Position numbers and translations under genes: made by a program. From assembly GCF_964355755.1 (NCBI RefSeq), contig NC_092677.1, forward strand, positions 7,834,101 to 7,898,100: a stretch of 64,000 nt of DNA, given 5' to 3'. Under the pieces are notes generated by a model. It made no database searches. It was not told where the DNA came from and saw only the letters and a program-made list of their open reading frames with translations. The stretch comes from Antedon mediterranea (taxonomy: Eukaryota; Animalia; Echinodermata). Shown piece by piece: positions 27,536 through 41,489 of the stretch; positions within the stretch are counted from its first letter, which is position 1; each line of letters begins with the position of its first letter.

Positions 27536-30500
27536 CAGTCTGTGTTTATTTCAATACATCATCAAAAAATATTGAGAATAAGTAAATATGGAAAATGTGT
27601 CTGTGTTTATTTCAATACATCATCAAAAAATATTGAGAATAAATAAATATTGAAAATGTGTCTGTGTTTATTTCAATACATCATCACAATGCATTGAGAA
27701 TAAATAAATATTGAAAATGTGTCTGTGTTTATTTCAATACATCATCACAATGCATTGAGAATAAATAAATATTGAAAAACGTGTCTGTGTGTTTATTTCA
27801 ATACATCATCCAAATACATTGAGAATAAATAAATATTGAAAAATGTTTCTGTGTGTTTATTTCATTACATCAAAATACATTGAGAAAAAATAAATATTGA
27901 AAAATGTGTCTGTGTTAATATTTCAATACATCATCCAAATATATCAAGAATAAATATATTTTGAAAAATGTGTCTGTTTATTTCCATAGATCATCACCAA
28001 TACATTGAGAATAAATAAATATTGAAAAATGTTTCTGTGTGTTTATTTCATTACATCAAAATACATTGAGAAAAAATAAATATTGAAAAATGTGTCTGTG
28101 TGTTTATTTCAATACATCATTTACAAAACATTGAGAAGAAATAAATATTGAAAAATGTGTCTGTGTTTTATTTCAATACATCATTCACAATACATTGAAA
28201 ATAAATAAATATTGAACAATTTGTCTGTGTGTTTATTTCAATACATTATCTAAAAATATTGAGAAAAAATAAATATTGAAAAATGTGTCTGTGTGTTTAT
28301 TTCAATACATCATTCAATAAATAAATATTGAAAAATGTGTCTGAGTGTTTATTTCAATACATCATCACAATACATTAGGAATAAATAAATATTGAAAAAT
28401 GTGTCTCTGTTTATTTCAATACATCATTCACAATACATTGAGAAGAAATAAATATTGAAAATTGTGTCTGTGTGTTTATTTCAATACACCATCAAAAAAT
28501 ATTTAGAATAAATAAATATTATAAAAATGTGTCTGTGTGTTTATTTCAATACATCAAAATATTTTGAGAATAATATATATTGAAAAAGGTGTCTGTTTGT
28601 TTACTTCAATACATCATTCACAACACATTGAGAATAAATAAATATTGAAAAATGTGTCTGTGTGTTTATTTCAATACATCATCACAATGCATTGAGAATA
28701 AATAAATATTGAAAAAATGTGTCTGTGTGTTTATTTCAATACATCATTCACAATGCATTGAAAATAAATAAATATTGAAAAACGTGTGTGTGTTTATTTC
28801 AATGAGACATGTTTACGCCAAGTTTGTACTTTCCCGAAACCATGAAATACCGGAATGGTGTCCGGTGGGGGATAGTTTCACCATGTAGTTTAAGTTCTAT
28901 TTATTTGTTGTTAGCCGAAATTGTTCAATTCATTTCAAAATAAATGTTTTTTTTATATATTTACAAATGACAATAAATTTACTTACTTACTCATTCACAA
29001 AACATTGAAAAAGTGAATAAATATTGAAAAATGTGTCTCTGTTTATTTCAATACATCATTCACAATACATTGAAAATAAATAAATATTGAAAAATGTGTC
29101 TGTGTTTTATTTCAATACATCATTCACAATACATTGAAAATAAATAAATATTGAAAAATGTGTCTGTGTTTATTTCAATACATCATTCACAATACATTGA
29201 AAATAAATAAATATTGAAAAATGTGTCTGTGTTTTATTTCAATACATCATTCACAATACATTGAAAATAAATAAATATTGAAAAATGTGTCTGTGTTTTA
29301 TTTCAATACATCATCACAATACATTTGGAATAAATAAATATTGAAAAATGTGTCTCTGTTTATTTCAATACATCATTCACAATACATTGAGAATAAATAA
29401 ATATTGAAAAGTGTGTCTGTGTGTTTATTTCAATACAACTATAACAAAATATTGAGAATAAATAAATATTTAAAAGTGTGTCTGTGTGTTTATTTCAATA
29501 CATCATTCACAAAACATTCAGAATAAATAAATATTGAAAAATGTGTCTGTGTTTATTTCAATACATCATCACAATGCATTGAGGATAAATAAATATTGAA
29601 AAAAATGTGTCTGTGTGTTTATTTAAATACAACTATCAGAATGCATTGAGAATAAATAAATATTGAAAAAATGTGTCTGTGTGTTTATTTCAATACATCA
29701 AAATATATTGAGAATAAATATATATTGAAAAATGTGTCTGTGTTTTTATTTCAATACATCATCACAATGCATTGAGAATAAATAAATATTGAAAAATGTG
29801 TCTGTGTGTTTATTTCAATACATCATCACAATACATTGAAAATAAATAAATATTGAAAAGTGTGTCTGTGTGTTTATTTCAATACATCATCACAATGCAT
29901 TGAGAATAAATAAATATTGAAAAATGTGTCTGTGTGTTTATTTCAATACAACTATCACAATGCATTGAGAATAAATAAATATTGAAAAAATGTGTCTGTG
30001 TGTTTATTTCAATACATCAAAATATATTGAGAATAAATATATATTGAAAAATGTGTCTGTGTTTTTATTTCAATACATCATCACAATGCATTGAGAATAA
30101 ATAAATATTGAAAAATGTGTCTGTGTGTTTATTTCAATACATCATCACAATACATTGAAAATAAATAAATATTGAAAAGTGTGTCTGTGTGTTTATTTCA
30201 ATACATCATCACAATGCATTGAGAATAAATAAATATTGAAAAATGTGTCTGTGTGTTTATTTCAATACATCATTCACAAAACATTGAGAATAAATAAATA
30301 TGGAAAAGTGTGTCTGTGTTTATTTCAATACAAATATAACAAAATATTGAGAATAAATAAATATTTAAAAACGTGTCTGTGTTTATTTCAATACATCATT
30401 CACAATACATTGAGAATAAATAAATATTGAAAAATGTGTCTGTGTTTATTTCAATACATCATCAACAAATATTGAGAACAAATAAATATTGAAAAATGTG

Positions 30501-30600
30501 TATGTATGTTTATTTCATTACATCGTCACAATATATTGAGAATAAATAAATGTTGAAAAATGTGTATGTGTGTTTATTTCATTATATCAATCAATATCAA
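27536..30600. repeat. About 60-66-bp minisatellite/satellite array (about 45 copies)
   Basis: Unit GAAAAATGTGTCTGTGTGTTTATTTCAATACATCATCACAATACATTGAGAATAAATAAATATT; a few diverged copies at 25850-26050. Confidence 0.95.
28804..28991 (+). mobile_element. 5'-truncated retroposon 3' end inserted in the satellite
   Basis: Non-satellite 190 bp ending in AATAAA plus a (TACT)n tail, splitting one satellite unit. Confidence 0.55.
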
Positions 30601-33600
30601 TATACATTATTAATAAAATCTGAACATGGAACCTGTGTTTTTATATATGAAATTCCTTATAATCAAAATATTTCCTTAAAATTAAAATTGTTGTTACCTT
30701 TAAATCATGTTATATTATATGTTATAAACAGCATTTTAATTCACTTATATGTATGTTAATACTAAATAATGTTAGTATGCTTGGTTGTAACAAAATTGTT
30801 TTCAATTCAATTGGTATTTATATTTATTTTAAATAACTAAAAATATCTGTTTAATATCTTGTACTATGCTAAAAGCATTCTATTTCACTATAGTATGTAT
30901 GTAAATTTTAAATAGTGTTAATTATTATTGGTTTAATTTCTGTATACTGTTTAAAAAAAATGTATATTTACTATTGTATGTATGTATGTATGTTAATTTT
31001 AAATGTTAAATTATAGGTTTAATATTTTATTTCGGTGACTATAAATATTGTGAACTGTCCGTCAATGCAATTTGAGGACAGTGTTGATTATATTGTGCAT
31101 ATAGGCCTTGTTAAGATTTTACTACAATTATAACTAAATAAGTTATTTCAATTAGTCTAGGTAGTTAATTTAGATTACAATGTAAAAGTGAGTGGAGGGA
31201 GTGGTGAGTATTTGTATTTAGACATCATCTTCAATAAACTGATTTCCAAACTTTCTTAAAGCAAAAACCATTTGCTGACGCCTTTCTCAATTTTAAAAAT
31301 CACAAAAAAATATGTATATATGTATTAACGCGCCCTCTGTGGGAAAGATACTTTCATCGTTTCAGATTGGCATCGGTGTGTTCCAACCTAGATGTGTTTT
31401 TTTTTTGGTTTGTAGCTTCTGGACTAGATGTTTGAGTTTGTATGACTGCGTTCAAGTAAGACTAACAAAACTAGGAACTGAAAATATTTTTTGAAAATAA
31501 TTATGTTATTCCTCTTTTTTCTTTAAAGGTACAAATGCCAGAGCAGAGTGTACATAAATGAGGTATGTGTTTATTGGTAAGTTTATTTATGGTAAGTATT
31601 GATTACGGTAAGTTAGAAATGTTCATTATTCTACTATATGTTTTTTCTCCAGTATCTGTATTAGATCTTGATGATTTTGGTGTTTGTTTCAATCATATCA
31701 AGATGGTAGGAGTCCTGAAGAATTGCGATGGCTAACCATGAGACAACCAATATGCTACACTGCAACTTGTCATTTAAAGTTGGGTACCAATCACAGGTAA
31801 TGATGTGTACAGTCATAACTACAGTATTTTTTTCCCAGCACTCTCCAGCAGATTTTTGCTGTACCAATGCCATATTCAATTAGAAATGGGGATGTATTCA
31901 GAATAAGTGTGTAGACATTGCAAGGTAAGTATAAAGTGTACTGATCTAGTATTTGTTTTCCTCAAGCTTTCTTTTTAGGTCTTGGTATAGTTTGTTTGTT
32001 GTGCTACTTGGATCAACAGGGCAAGTCCCAGAGATTAACAGAAGAATGGAGCTCATTGGAGATAATGTCAGATTTCAGGGTTGCAAAAACCGCGAGTATT
32101 ATAATAATAATTATTATCTGTGTACCTCTTTCCAAGCACTCTTTTCAGATGTTTCCACTGTAGGCCTACAGATTGCAGACAAGGTAAATATTGCATTGTT
32201 ATACTATGTCTTCTCCAGCATTCTTATACATGTATTAGGACTGGTGGGTGCCACTCGGATCAACAGGGCAGAAATTCCAGAAAATATCAAGAGGAATTAG
32301 AGATCATGGGCTTACTACAACACAGGATTACAGGATATCACACTGCATGCTAATCTGTAAGTAGACTAATAGTAGATTATTCTAAAATTATCATGGTTTT
32401 TTGTTACCACAATTTTGTAACCTAAATGATGATATTTTCAATATCATTAGCTAATCTGTTTTTTTTATTGAATAAATAAATTGTTTTTACAGGTTTCAGT
32501 AACAACTGTAACCAAAACAATAATGATTTTCATTCATTAACTAAATGTTACTGGTTTTTTTTAAGGTAATACATGGGAAATTGTTTCTCCTTTTTTAAAC
32601 TAATGATAATGTCTTCCTTTTGTTTAATAATTTGATTTTCTAGGTATTTTTAGTCACATGCAAGCTCACTATGTCAGTAAAATTTTATTTTATAGGTTTT
32701 TTTTCTAAATATTTATTTTCTTATACAAATATTTTCAATGTTTTTCTTTGTAATTCTTGATAAATATGGTAATATTTTTGTGGGTAAATATATCGAATGT
32801 TCTTTAAATAATGATTGCTTTTCTAGGTTTTTTATTCATAAAATATGTACTTTTTTATATACTTTCTTATATAGATATACCTACCTTCTCATTTGTCAGG
32901 TCCATGACCGTCTTCTTGCTCCATACTTCACTGTTAATTCTTTTATTCAGAATATGTATTCTATTTTTTAATATTATATCCAACATTCCTTTCCTTCCTT
33001 TCCTTGTTTTACCACTTCATACTATCATAATTTTCAATAGTCCTTCTCTAATTCTATGTCATGCTAACTGATATAGGTTGATTTCCATGATTATTTCTCA
33101 CTTTCTCGATGCCGTTTCGACCTTTTATATAATAATTTTAATAATGTATATACTAATAATAATCTTAAATAATAATAATAATAATAATGACGTACTCAAT
33201 TTTATGAACGAATAATATTGTATTTTGTGTTTTATAATATATAGTTATTTTTCTATACTGTTTGTAATTGTGCCTCTTTTACTTTTAATTATATATGTAT
33301 ATTGATTGTAAACAAACGTTATCAGCCAATGGCTGCTGTTAAATAAATAAAAAAAAAAATCAATTGCTTTTGCTGCTCCACTATCATTTTCATTATATGC
33401 TTCTCCACCCCTATTTCAATCAATATATCCTCATTCCTTCTGTGTGGAGTATAATGAAACATTTTCTTTCCCTGTAATCCATGTTTCGCCTCCATACAAT
33501 GCAACATACCATACCACTGATTTAACCATATCTTTTTGTTTTTATGCTTGCCTTGTCAGAAATAGAATTTCCTTTGCCGTTTCCTATCCACCTTATTATC

Positions 33601-33860
33601 TATCTATTTCTACCATGTTCTGTTAATTTTTCTCCTAAGAGTAGATTGATGCAACTTTTAAACACGCACAGACCTTCGACTATACCCTGTGTCCCGCAAA
33701 GGGGATTTGTTCCATCTTTTTGTAATCACCTCACCACTTCCATTCTTGTGTCTATGGCACAGTCACATGGTGTTAATTTTTCTATTATTGGTCTTCCTTC
33801 CATAATTTTTCCTGCTTCATTTATGTTATCCATTAGTATTTGCGATTACCACCTTGTCAT

Positions 33861-34946
33861 CTATGGAACGCCTCCTCTGCCTTCAGTTCACATTTATCAT
33901 GCAGTACACACCAATCGTCATGCAGTACACACCAATCGTCATGCAGTACACACCAATGGTCATGCAGTACACACCAATCGTCATGCAGTACACACCAATC
34001 GTCATGCAGTACACACCAAACAACATGCAGTACACACCAATCGTCATGCAGTACACACCAATCGTCATGCAGTACACACCAATCGTCATGCAGTACACAC
34101 CAATGGTCATGCAGTACACACCAATCGTCGTTCACATTTATCATGCAGTACACACCAATCGTCATGCAGTACACACCAATCGTCTTGCAGTACACACCAA
34201 ACATCATGCAGTACACACCAATTGTCATGCAGTACACACCAATCGCCATGCAGTACACACCAATCGTCATGCAGTCAAATATTGCGTAATTTATCGACAA
34301 AATCGAATATCACGTGAGTTTTATTAGACGGCTGTAAAACTAAGACTATTTAAACTTCTTTTATGGAATTCAATAATTGCTAATGGCCTCCTAGCCGCGC
34401 CTGTGTCTCACATAATAAATTATTGTATATATAAAAAACAGAGCATTCACAGAGATGTGTAGCGGTTAAAATAAGTACAGTATGTCAAACATAAAAGAAA
34501 TCTTAGAGTCGATGGCCTAGTTTTACAGCCGTCTAATAAACGTCACGTGATATTCGACGATTGGTGTGTACTGCAAGCATGACGATTGGTGTGTACTGCA
34601 TGACAATTGGTGTGTACTGCATGACCATTGGTGTGTACTGCATGATGTTTGGTGTGTACTGCATGACGATTGGTGTGTACTGCATGATGTTTGGTGTGTA
34701 CTGCATGACGATTGGTGTGTACTGCATGACCATTGGTGTGTACTGCATGACGATTGGTGTGTACTGCATGACCATTGGTGTGTACTGCATGATAAATGTG
34801 AACGACGATTGGTGTGTACTGCATGGCCATTGGTGTGTACTGCATGACCATTGGTGTGTACTGCATGACCATTGGTGTGTACTGCATGACGATTGGTGTG
34901 TACTGCATAGCAAATGTGAACTGAAGGCAGAGGAGGCGTTCCATAG
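33861..34946. mobile_element. Foldback-type element with about 450-490-bp inverted arms built from a 21-bp minisatellite
   Basis: Ends CTATGGAACGCCTCCTCTGCCTTCAGTTCACATTT and its exact reverse complement; arms of (CATGCAGTACACACCAATCGT)n; TCAT directly repeated on both flanks. Confidence 0.9.
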
Positions 34947-36589
34947 TCATCAGCCTTTTTTTTTTTGTATTAAGTGCCCTCTGCTACTTTGACTCCTTTA
35001 GTACAAATGCTTCTGCTCGTAGAAATTCCTTGTATATAATAAAAATTAGGCAATATAATTCCTTATTGACGCCTCTCACGTCGTCATTGTTCTTTTTGAT
35101 TATTTTCCCTCCCTTCTTCATATAGCTCCCATAATAAACGCCTGTAATCAACAACAATTTTGTTTAAATATGCATCATTTCTAACCACTTTATCCTATAA
35201 AAGGTATTTTCATAATTTTCAAAACAGATGTATAGTTCATCGTCATTTCACTTTTCTCGCATCCCATGTAAAAATCTCTTGTACCTTTGCTTTTAACAAA
35301 ACCAAATTGATAATTTCCAATATAATCTGAGAATAATAAAGTCAGTCTACTATTCATTGCTCTGAGTTTTATTTTGGAAGTATAGAAGTATATGTTTAAT
35401 GATACTTGCAGTCTGTGTTCCTCACATCTTTGTAGGTTTACTTTCTTTTCCATCATATCTTTGATTTTAACCATATTCTGTACCTTATTTTTAAGTTCTG
35501 TTATTGTTGTTTCTCCTAATTGCTTTAGCAATTCCATCTATTTAGTTTTTCTAAATGTTTTAAAGAGAACATTTTGTTTTGTCTCTGATCGGCTGCATAT
35601 ATGTATTCTATATATTCTTTCCATCTGCGACTTGCATAAATATTCCAGGTAATATAGTTCCTTTTAATATCAATAATAATGTCCTTTCTCTTTTGATAAT
35701 TCCTGCTAATTCCTGTAAAGCAACTTCATTTTTTCTATGATTGATCAATTTCCTTACACTTTCTACCGAAATCCAGTCTTCCTTCTCCTTGTCAGTTATT
35801 CACCATAGCTGTTAAGACTTTGGTAGGCCTAATTGTTTTGATTTTACCATTTCTTCTCTCATCCATATGTAAAAAAATCTCTTCGGTAATCCATGGGTTT
35901 TTTGGCTTCTAGCCTTTGACATAATTAATATTCTTAATTGCACTGTTATACTTTCTTCATGAATACACTTTCCTTCAGTTTTTTTCTTTTATCTATGTGC
36001 ATCCTAATTTCCTGTTGAGTGGCATCGAACTCCAGGACTTAAAGATTCAACTTCATTTTTAATATATATTTATTAAGTGCCCTCTGCTCCTTTGACTCCT
36101 TTAGTACAAATGCTTCTGTTCGTAGAAATTCCTTGTATATAATATAAATTAGGCAACATAATTCCTCCTTGACACCTCTACACATCTTTGTTCTTTTTTA
36201 TTACTCTTTCTCTTCTCTTCATATAGCTCCCATAATAAATACCTGTAATCAACAACAATTTTGTTTAAAATATGCATCATTTCTAACCACTTTATCCAAT
36301 AAAAGATCTTTTCCTAATTTTCAAAAACAGATGAATAGTTCATTAGCATGTTCTTGTGACTTTTCTCCCATCACACGTAAAAATAGCATCTCTTGTACCT
36401 TTGCTTTTAACAAAACCAAATTGATACTTTACAATATAATCTGAGAATAATAATGTCATTCAACTATTCATTGCTCTGAATTTTATTTTGGAAGTATAGA
36501 AGTATATATTTAATGATACTTATAGTCCTGTATTCCTCACATCTTTGTAGGCTTATCTTTGATTTTAACCATATACCGTACCTTATTTC

Positions 36590-36699
36590 TAGTCACGTGC
36601 AAACGCGACTCTACAGCTCACTATGTCGGTTGGTCAGTCGGTCAGTAAACACTAACTCAAATTTGCGCACGCGACTGCAGCCATGTATATGGCCTTGTT
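36590..36699 (+). mobile_element. Short HINE/DINE-like element (copies at 42170-42278; partial at 39337-39403 and 32650-32680)
   Basis: TAGTCACGTGC...(GGTC)n...GCACGCGACTG subterminal inverted repeat, then GCCATGTATATGGC hairpin and CTTGTT; inserted in T-rich sites. Confidence 0.7.
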
Positions 36700-37760
36700 A
36701 AGTTCTGTTATTGTTGTTTCTTCTAATTGCTTTAGCATGTATTCCATCCATTCCTTTCGCTTTCCAGTATTTAGTTTTTCCAAGCCTTTCCTTATCTCAT
36801 CTTTAAAAACAAACACCCCATCCTTTCATCATTTACTTTGTCTCTGATCTGCGGCATATGTATTCTATATATTCTTTCCATCTACGACTTACATAAATAT
36901 TCCAATTAATATAGTTCCTTTTAATATCAATAATAATGTCCTTTCTCTTTTGATAATTCCTGCTAATTCCTGTAAAGCAACTTCCTATTTTCTATGATTG
37001 ATCAATTTCCTTACACTTTCTACTGAAATCCAGTCTTCCTTTACCTTGTCAGTTATTCATCATAGCTGTTAAGACTTTGGTAATTGTTTTTATTTTACCA
37101 TTTCCTTCTCTCTAACATATATGTAAAAAAACTATCTCTTCAGTAATCTATGGGTTTTTTTGCTTCTAGCCTTTGACATAATTGATATGCTTAATTGCAC
37201 TGTTATACTTTCTTCATGAATCCACTTTCCTTCAGTTTTTTTATCTATTTGCATCCTAATTTCCTGTTGAGTGGCATTGAACTCCAGGACTTAAAGATTC
37301 CACTTCTTTTTTAATATCCTTCATCATAATAGAAACAAGGCTGTGGTCTGAACCAACATCAGCTCCAGGATAGCTATGGCAATTTTTTACTGCATTCTTG
37401 TATCTTTCTATAAATTGTTCTTCCTTGCAAAACCATTTTGCAAATTACAAACTTATAATTATTTGCAAATGTCATTAATTTATCTCCTCTGCCCATTTTA
37501 TTGTCCAAGTTCCATTTTCTTTTTTATAGTAATCCAGTAAATCGTCTATTTCTTTTCATACACTCTATCTACATCTCCCTCATCACTCTTGTTGGCATGT
37601 AAACCACTCTATTCACAGAAATGACTCAATTCTTGTCATAAGTCTTTCATATTTAATTTCAACGTTTTTTTGCGTATCTATAGCATGTTCTTGTTTTTCA
37701 CTTAAAGAATTTATCAATTTATATTCATTAAATAGTAAGCCTAATATCAGTTTTTGTTAA

Positions 37761-38366
37761 AGCCCCATTCCCTACGTTTTTTAGATCTAATTTTAAGATC
37801 ACAAACTATATTTAATGTAAAAATAATACTATATGGTCCTATTGCGATAACTTTTTTCGTCTTTAAACGGTTAAAAATGTGAAAAATAAGTCGATTCTAA
37901 TAATTATAGCGGCCCGCTATAAATCCCAAAATGCATTGCGCGCGGATTGATATTTTTGTTTTTCACCTGTAATTCGCCCACTTTTCGATCGATCGTGAGG
38001 CCAAAACAAATGAAAATACCGGGTTTTCCCCAATTTGTATCAACGGAGTCTGGCAAAAATAGAAATACAATTAATGCAGCAACTATATAACGTCAGGCTA
38101 GGTATATAGGTAGCGTACGATGTTCGTACGTTACCGATGTTTACCAGCTAGGCCTACAAAACTAAGCCTAGCTAGACTAGGCCTAAAGACCGTCCACGAG
38201 AGGTCGATCGCCGCGAGCTACTTAGGTAGTGCATTGTTTCTCACTTTTTATCATAATTTACCATAAAACGTACATTTAAGACAAGGAATGACATGGTTTA
38301 ATGTTTTTAAAGTGATATATATGTATTATTTTCCAAAAAACGTCCAAAATTGCAGTGAAGGGGTCT
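37761..38366. mobile_element. Kolobok-like non-autonomous DNA transposon
   Basis: TTAA on both sides; imperfect TIRs AGCCCCATTCCCTAC / GCAGTGAAGGGGTCT with AG...CT termini. Confidence 0.65.
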
Positions 38367-39674
38367 TTAATCTTTTATCAATCAATATATTTAATTAATC
38401 GCCATCAGCCATCTGCACATTTTCTTTTACTCTTTTTAAGATCAAAGTTAGCACATTCCATGTGCCTATTTTCAAATGGGGCATTGACTAAATTGGCGAC
38501 CATGGAGGTCCATGACCAGTCCATCCAAATTACTAACCATTCTGTTCTGGACACGTGACTTCCAATTAACATTTTCTTGGAACCTGTTATCAGTGGTTTC
38601 TTTCTTTGTATTATTCAAAGGAAAAACTTACAGTGAGGTGCATGTTTCCTATTGCCTTTTTTCCCAATAGCTAGCTGCTGCCAATCAGGTTATCCCTTTT
38701 TAGCCATTTATAGCCCAGGCTAGCATGCTCTTTTTAGTTGTTCCAGCAACACATTTTCTTTCAGGGATTGTTCCCTTTACCTTTGCTTTTTACACAACAC
38801 CTCCCTCTATAAATATTTTGGATTTTTTCCTAGGTATTTCTTGATCAAATTAATATGCTAATGTTTTACTGACTTTCACGATAAATGTAATGTTCTTCTA
38901 TGTATATATATATATTTTTTAATATCCTCATAATTGACCTGTTGTTTTATAAATACTTATTTGGTTTTCTAGGGTTTGTTTTCCCCCAAAAAATCTAAAG
39001 TTTTATTTTTATAAATATATTGAATGTTTTATAGTTATATAAATATTTATTATTTCCTATTTTTTCCCTCAATATACAAAATTCTTTATCGTACACACTT
39101 TATAATGGTTACATATGTTGAATGTTGTACTAGCTATTTTGATAAATATATGGTAATATTTTGGAGGTAAGTATTGACTGTTTGTCTAGGTTTTGATACA
39201 ATTATGCTAATATTATATAAATAATATTGATTTTCTTTTCTAGGTTTTTCTTTCCAAAAATATGCCAATGTTTACTCATTTTGATAAATTATATGTTTTA
39301 TTTATGTAGATACTGATTGTTTTTCTGTGTATTTTTTTAGTCGTGTGCAAACACGAGCGACTCTATGTCGGTCGGTCGGTCGGTCGGTCAATTGGTCGGT
39401 CGGTTTTCTATATATTTATTGATGAATTATTCTACTATTGTACCGTTTTCAATAGATTGTGTATAATTTCATATTTATTTAGGAATATATTTTTGTATGA
39501 TAATATGTTTTTATGTATTTTCCTTACATATTTCTAGAATGAATATGCTTTGTTCCTTATTTCTTGATATGATATAGTGATTGTATTTTCTTACATATTT
39601 CTTGATATATTACTGTATATTCTTGAATATTTCTAGATATACTGTATTGTGTTTTACTTACATAAATTATGCAT

Positions 39675-40283
39675 CTCTTGATATGATATATGTTTTCTTA
39701 TGCATTTCTTGATATGATATATGTTTTCTTATGCATTTCTTGATATGATACATGTTTTCTTATGCATTTCTTGATATGATACATGTTTTCTTATGCATTT
39801 CTTGATATGATATATGTTTTCTTGTGCATTTCTTGATATGATATATGTTTTCTTATGCATTACTTGATATGATATATGTTTTCTTATGCATTACTTGATA
39901 TGATATATGTTTTCTTATGCATTACTTGATATGATACATGTTTTCTTATGCATTTCTTGATATGATACATGTTTTCTTAATTATTTCTTGATATGATATA
40001 TGTTTTCTTGTGCATTTCTTGATATGATATATGTTTTCTTATGCATTTCTTGATATGATACATGTTTTCTTAATTATTTCTTGATATGATACATGTTTTC
40101 TTATGCATTTCTTGATATGATATATGTTTTCTTATGCATTTCTTGATATGATATATGTTTTCTTATGCATTTCTTGATATGATAATATGTTGTTTTATGC
40201 ATTACTTGATATGATATATGTTTTCTTATGCATTTCTTGATATGATAATATGTTTTCTTATGCATGTTTTGATATGATATATT
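39675..40283. repeat. 31-bp minisatellite (about 19 copies)
   Basis: Unit TCTTGATATGATATATGTTTTCTTATGCATT. Confidence 0.95.
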
Positions 40284-41489
40284 AGGTTTTTCTGTTTTTT
40301 TTATTAACCAACACCAAGGAGCACCATTACAAGTGCTACCTGCCCTAGGTGTCCTCGCTCTGATCATCAACCTTGACGTGGTAGCGAGGCTTGTGTGTTT
40401 CCAATTCGGAGACCAGACTAATGATGATCATAATAATTTTTCCAAAAATTTGTTATTGACAATATCATGAGCAAACTATTAGAAGACAATTAGTTTCTTT
40501 AAATTTAAAAGCATAGTTTCTTCATCAAACAAAAAATAATAGAGGAGTATCAATTCAATTTCATTTATTAAAACAGATGAAAAAAATTATTATAAATGAT
40601 GAGTTCCTTCTGAAATAAAGAATTGAAGGAGGGCTTAATCCCTAAAATATTAATATTTAGTTGGGTAAGCCTGAAAGAAAAAAAAAACAAACAAAAACAA
40701 TATAATCGCAATCTCTTTGGATGTTGTCACTGTAGCTACTAATGGTAAAGCTTGGTTTCCACTAGCAATGAGTAAGTGCTGTACTATGTTTTCCAGTGTT
40801 CTTTTGCCTTCCGTTGTTGCGTGAAATCAAACTGATTTGATTTCCCGTGGCGATGCTTGCAGCACTGTTGCGTCGTCGGTTCCCACTTGTGATTACGCAA
40901 GATGGCACTTTGCGTCGATACATCGCTGCGTTGCGTTACGTTCTACTGAATTATCTTGGAAAATCACTACCATATTTGGGCACACCACAATTTTTGTCAC
41001 ATAAAGTTTGATAGTGTAGACAGAGCTTTAGAAATACTGTACATTTGGAAGTGTGAACGCACACCGTAAAAAAGTTCAGGCATATTATTTTTGTTTACAC
41101 TTATTTTTCTATCTTTTATTATTTTCACAACTAAACTTTAAATTGTTATCCATTAATATGTGTTAGTCTTGAATAATAACTTCATTTCTCTCCACCAAAT
41201 TAGTTACAAGTATTTGATTTCCAACCTTAACTGATATCTTTTTTGACCGTTACTAATACTTAACTGTCATACAGAGAAACCCGTCTACGTCTAGGAGTTT
41301 TAAAATCTTATTTAGACCTATAAATTATTCAAAGAGATGCGTACAACATTTTCTAATATTGATCTGTGTCGATCTCTATTTCGTATTTGTTAAATGTTAA
41401 AGACAAGTGTTTTTACCACTCTCCAGTAGTTTATGTAGGCCTACGATAGGTCTATATATCTTATGAATGTTCCTTTTTTCACTAACCCT

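Larger units (their letters stand above)
33330..37650 (-). mobile_element. Degenerate RTE-clade LINE with an internal tandem duplication and nested insertions
   Basis: Minus-strand remnants SYPGADVGSDHSLV (end of APE domain, about 37340-37380), QFGFVKSKGTRD (RT, about 35290) and VALYGGETW (about 33490); 34968-36060 is duplicated at 36072-37320. Confidence 0.8.

Noticed and set aside
30236-30759. ORFs in the satellite and at 40101-40370
   Set aside because: Translations of tandem repeats.
31953-32353. 115-aa and 77-aa ORFs as protein-coding genes
   Set aside because: Non-ATG starts, no domain similarity, and they run through apparent introns.
33544-34992. Long ORFs with HAVHTNR / MQYTPIV / CSTHQSS repeats
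   Set aside because: They arise from a stop-free 21-bp minisatellite in the arms of a foldback element and are open in many frames on both strands.
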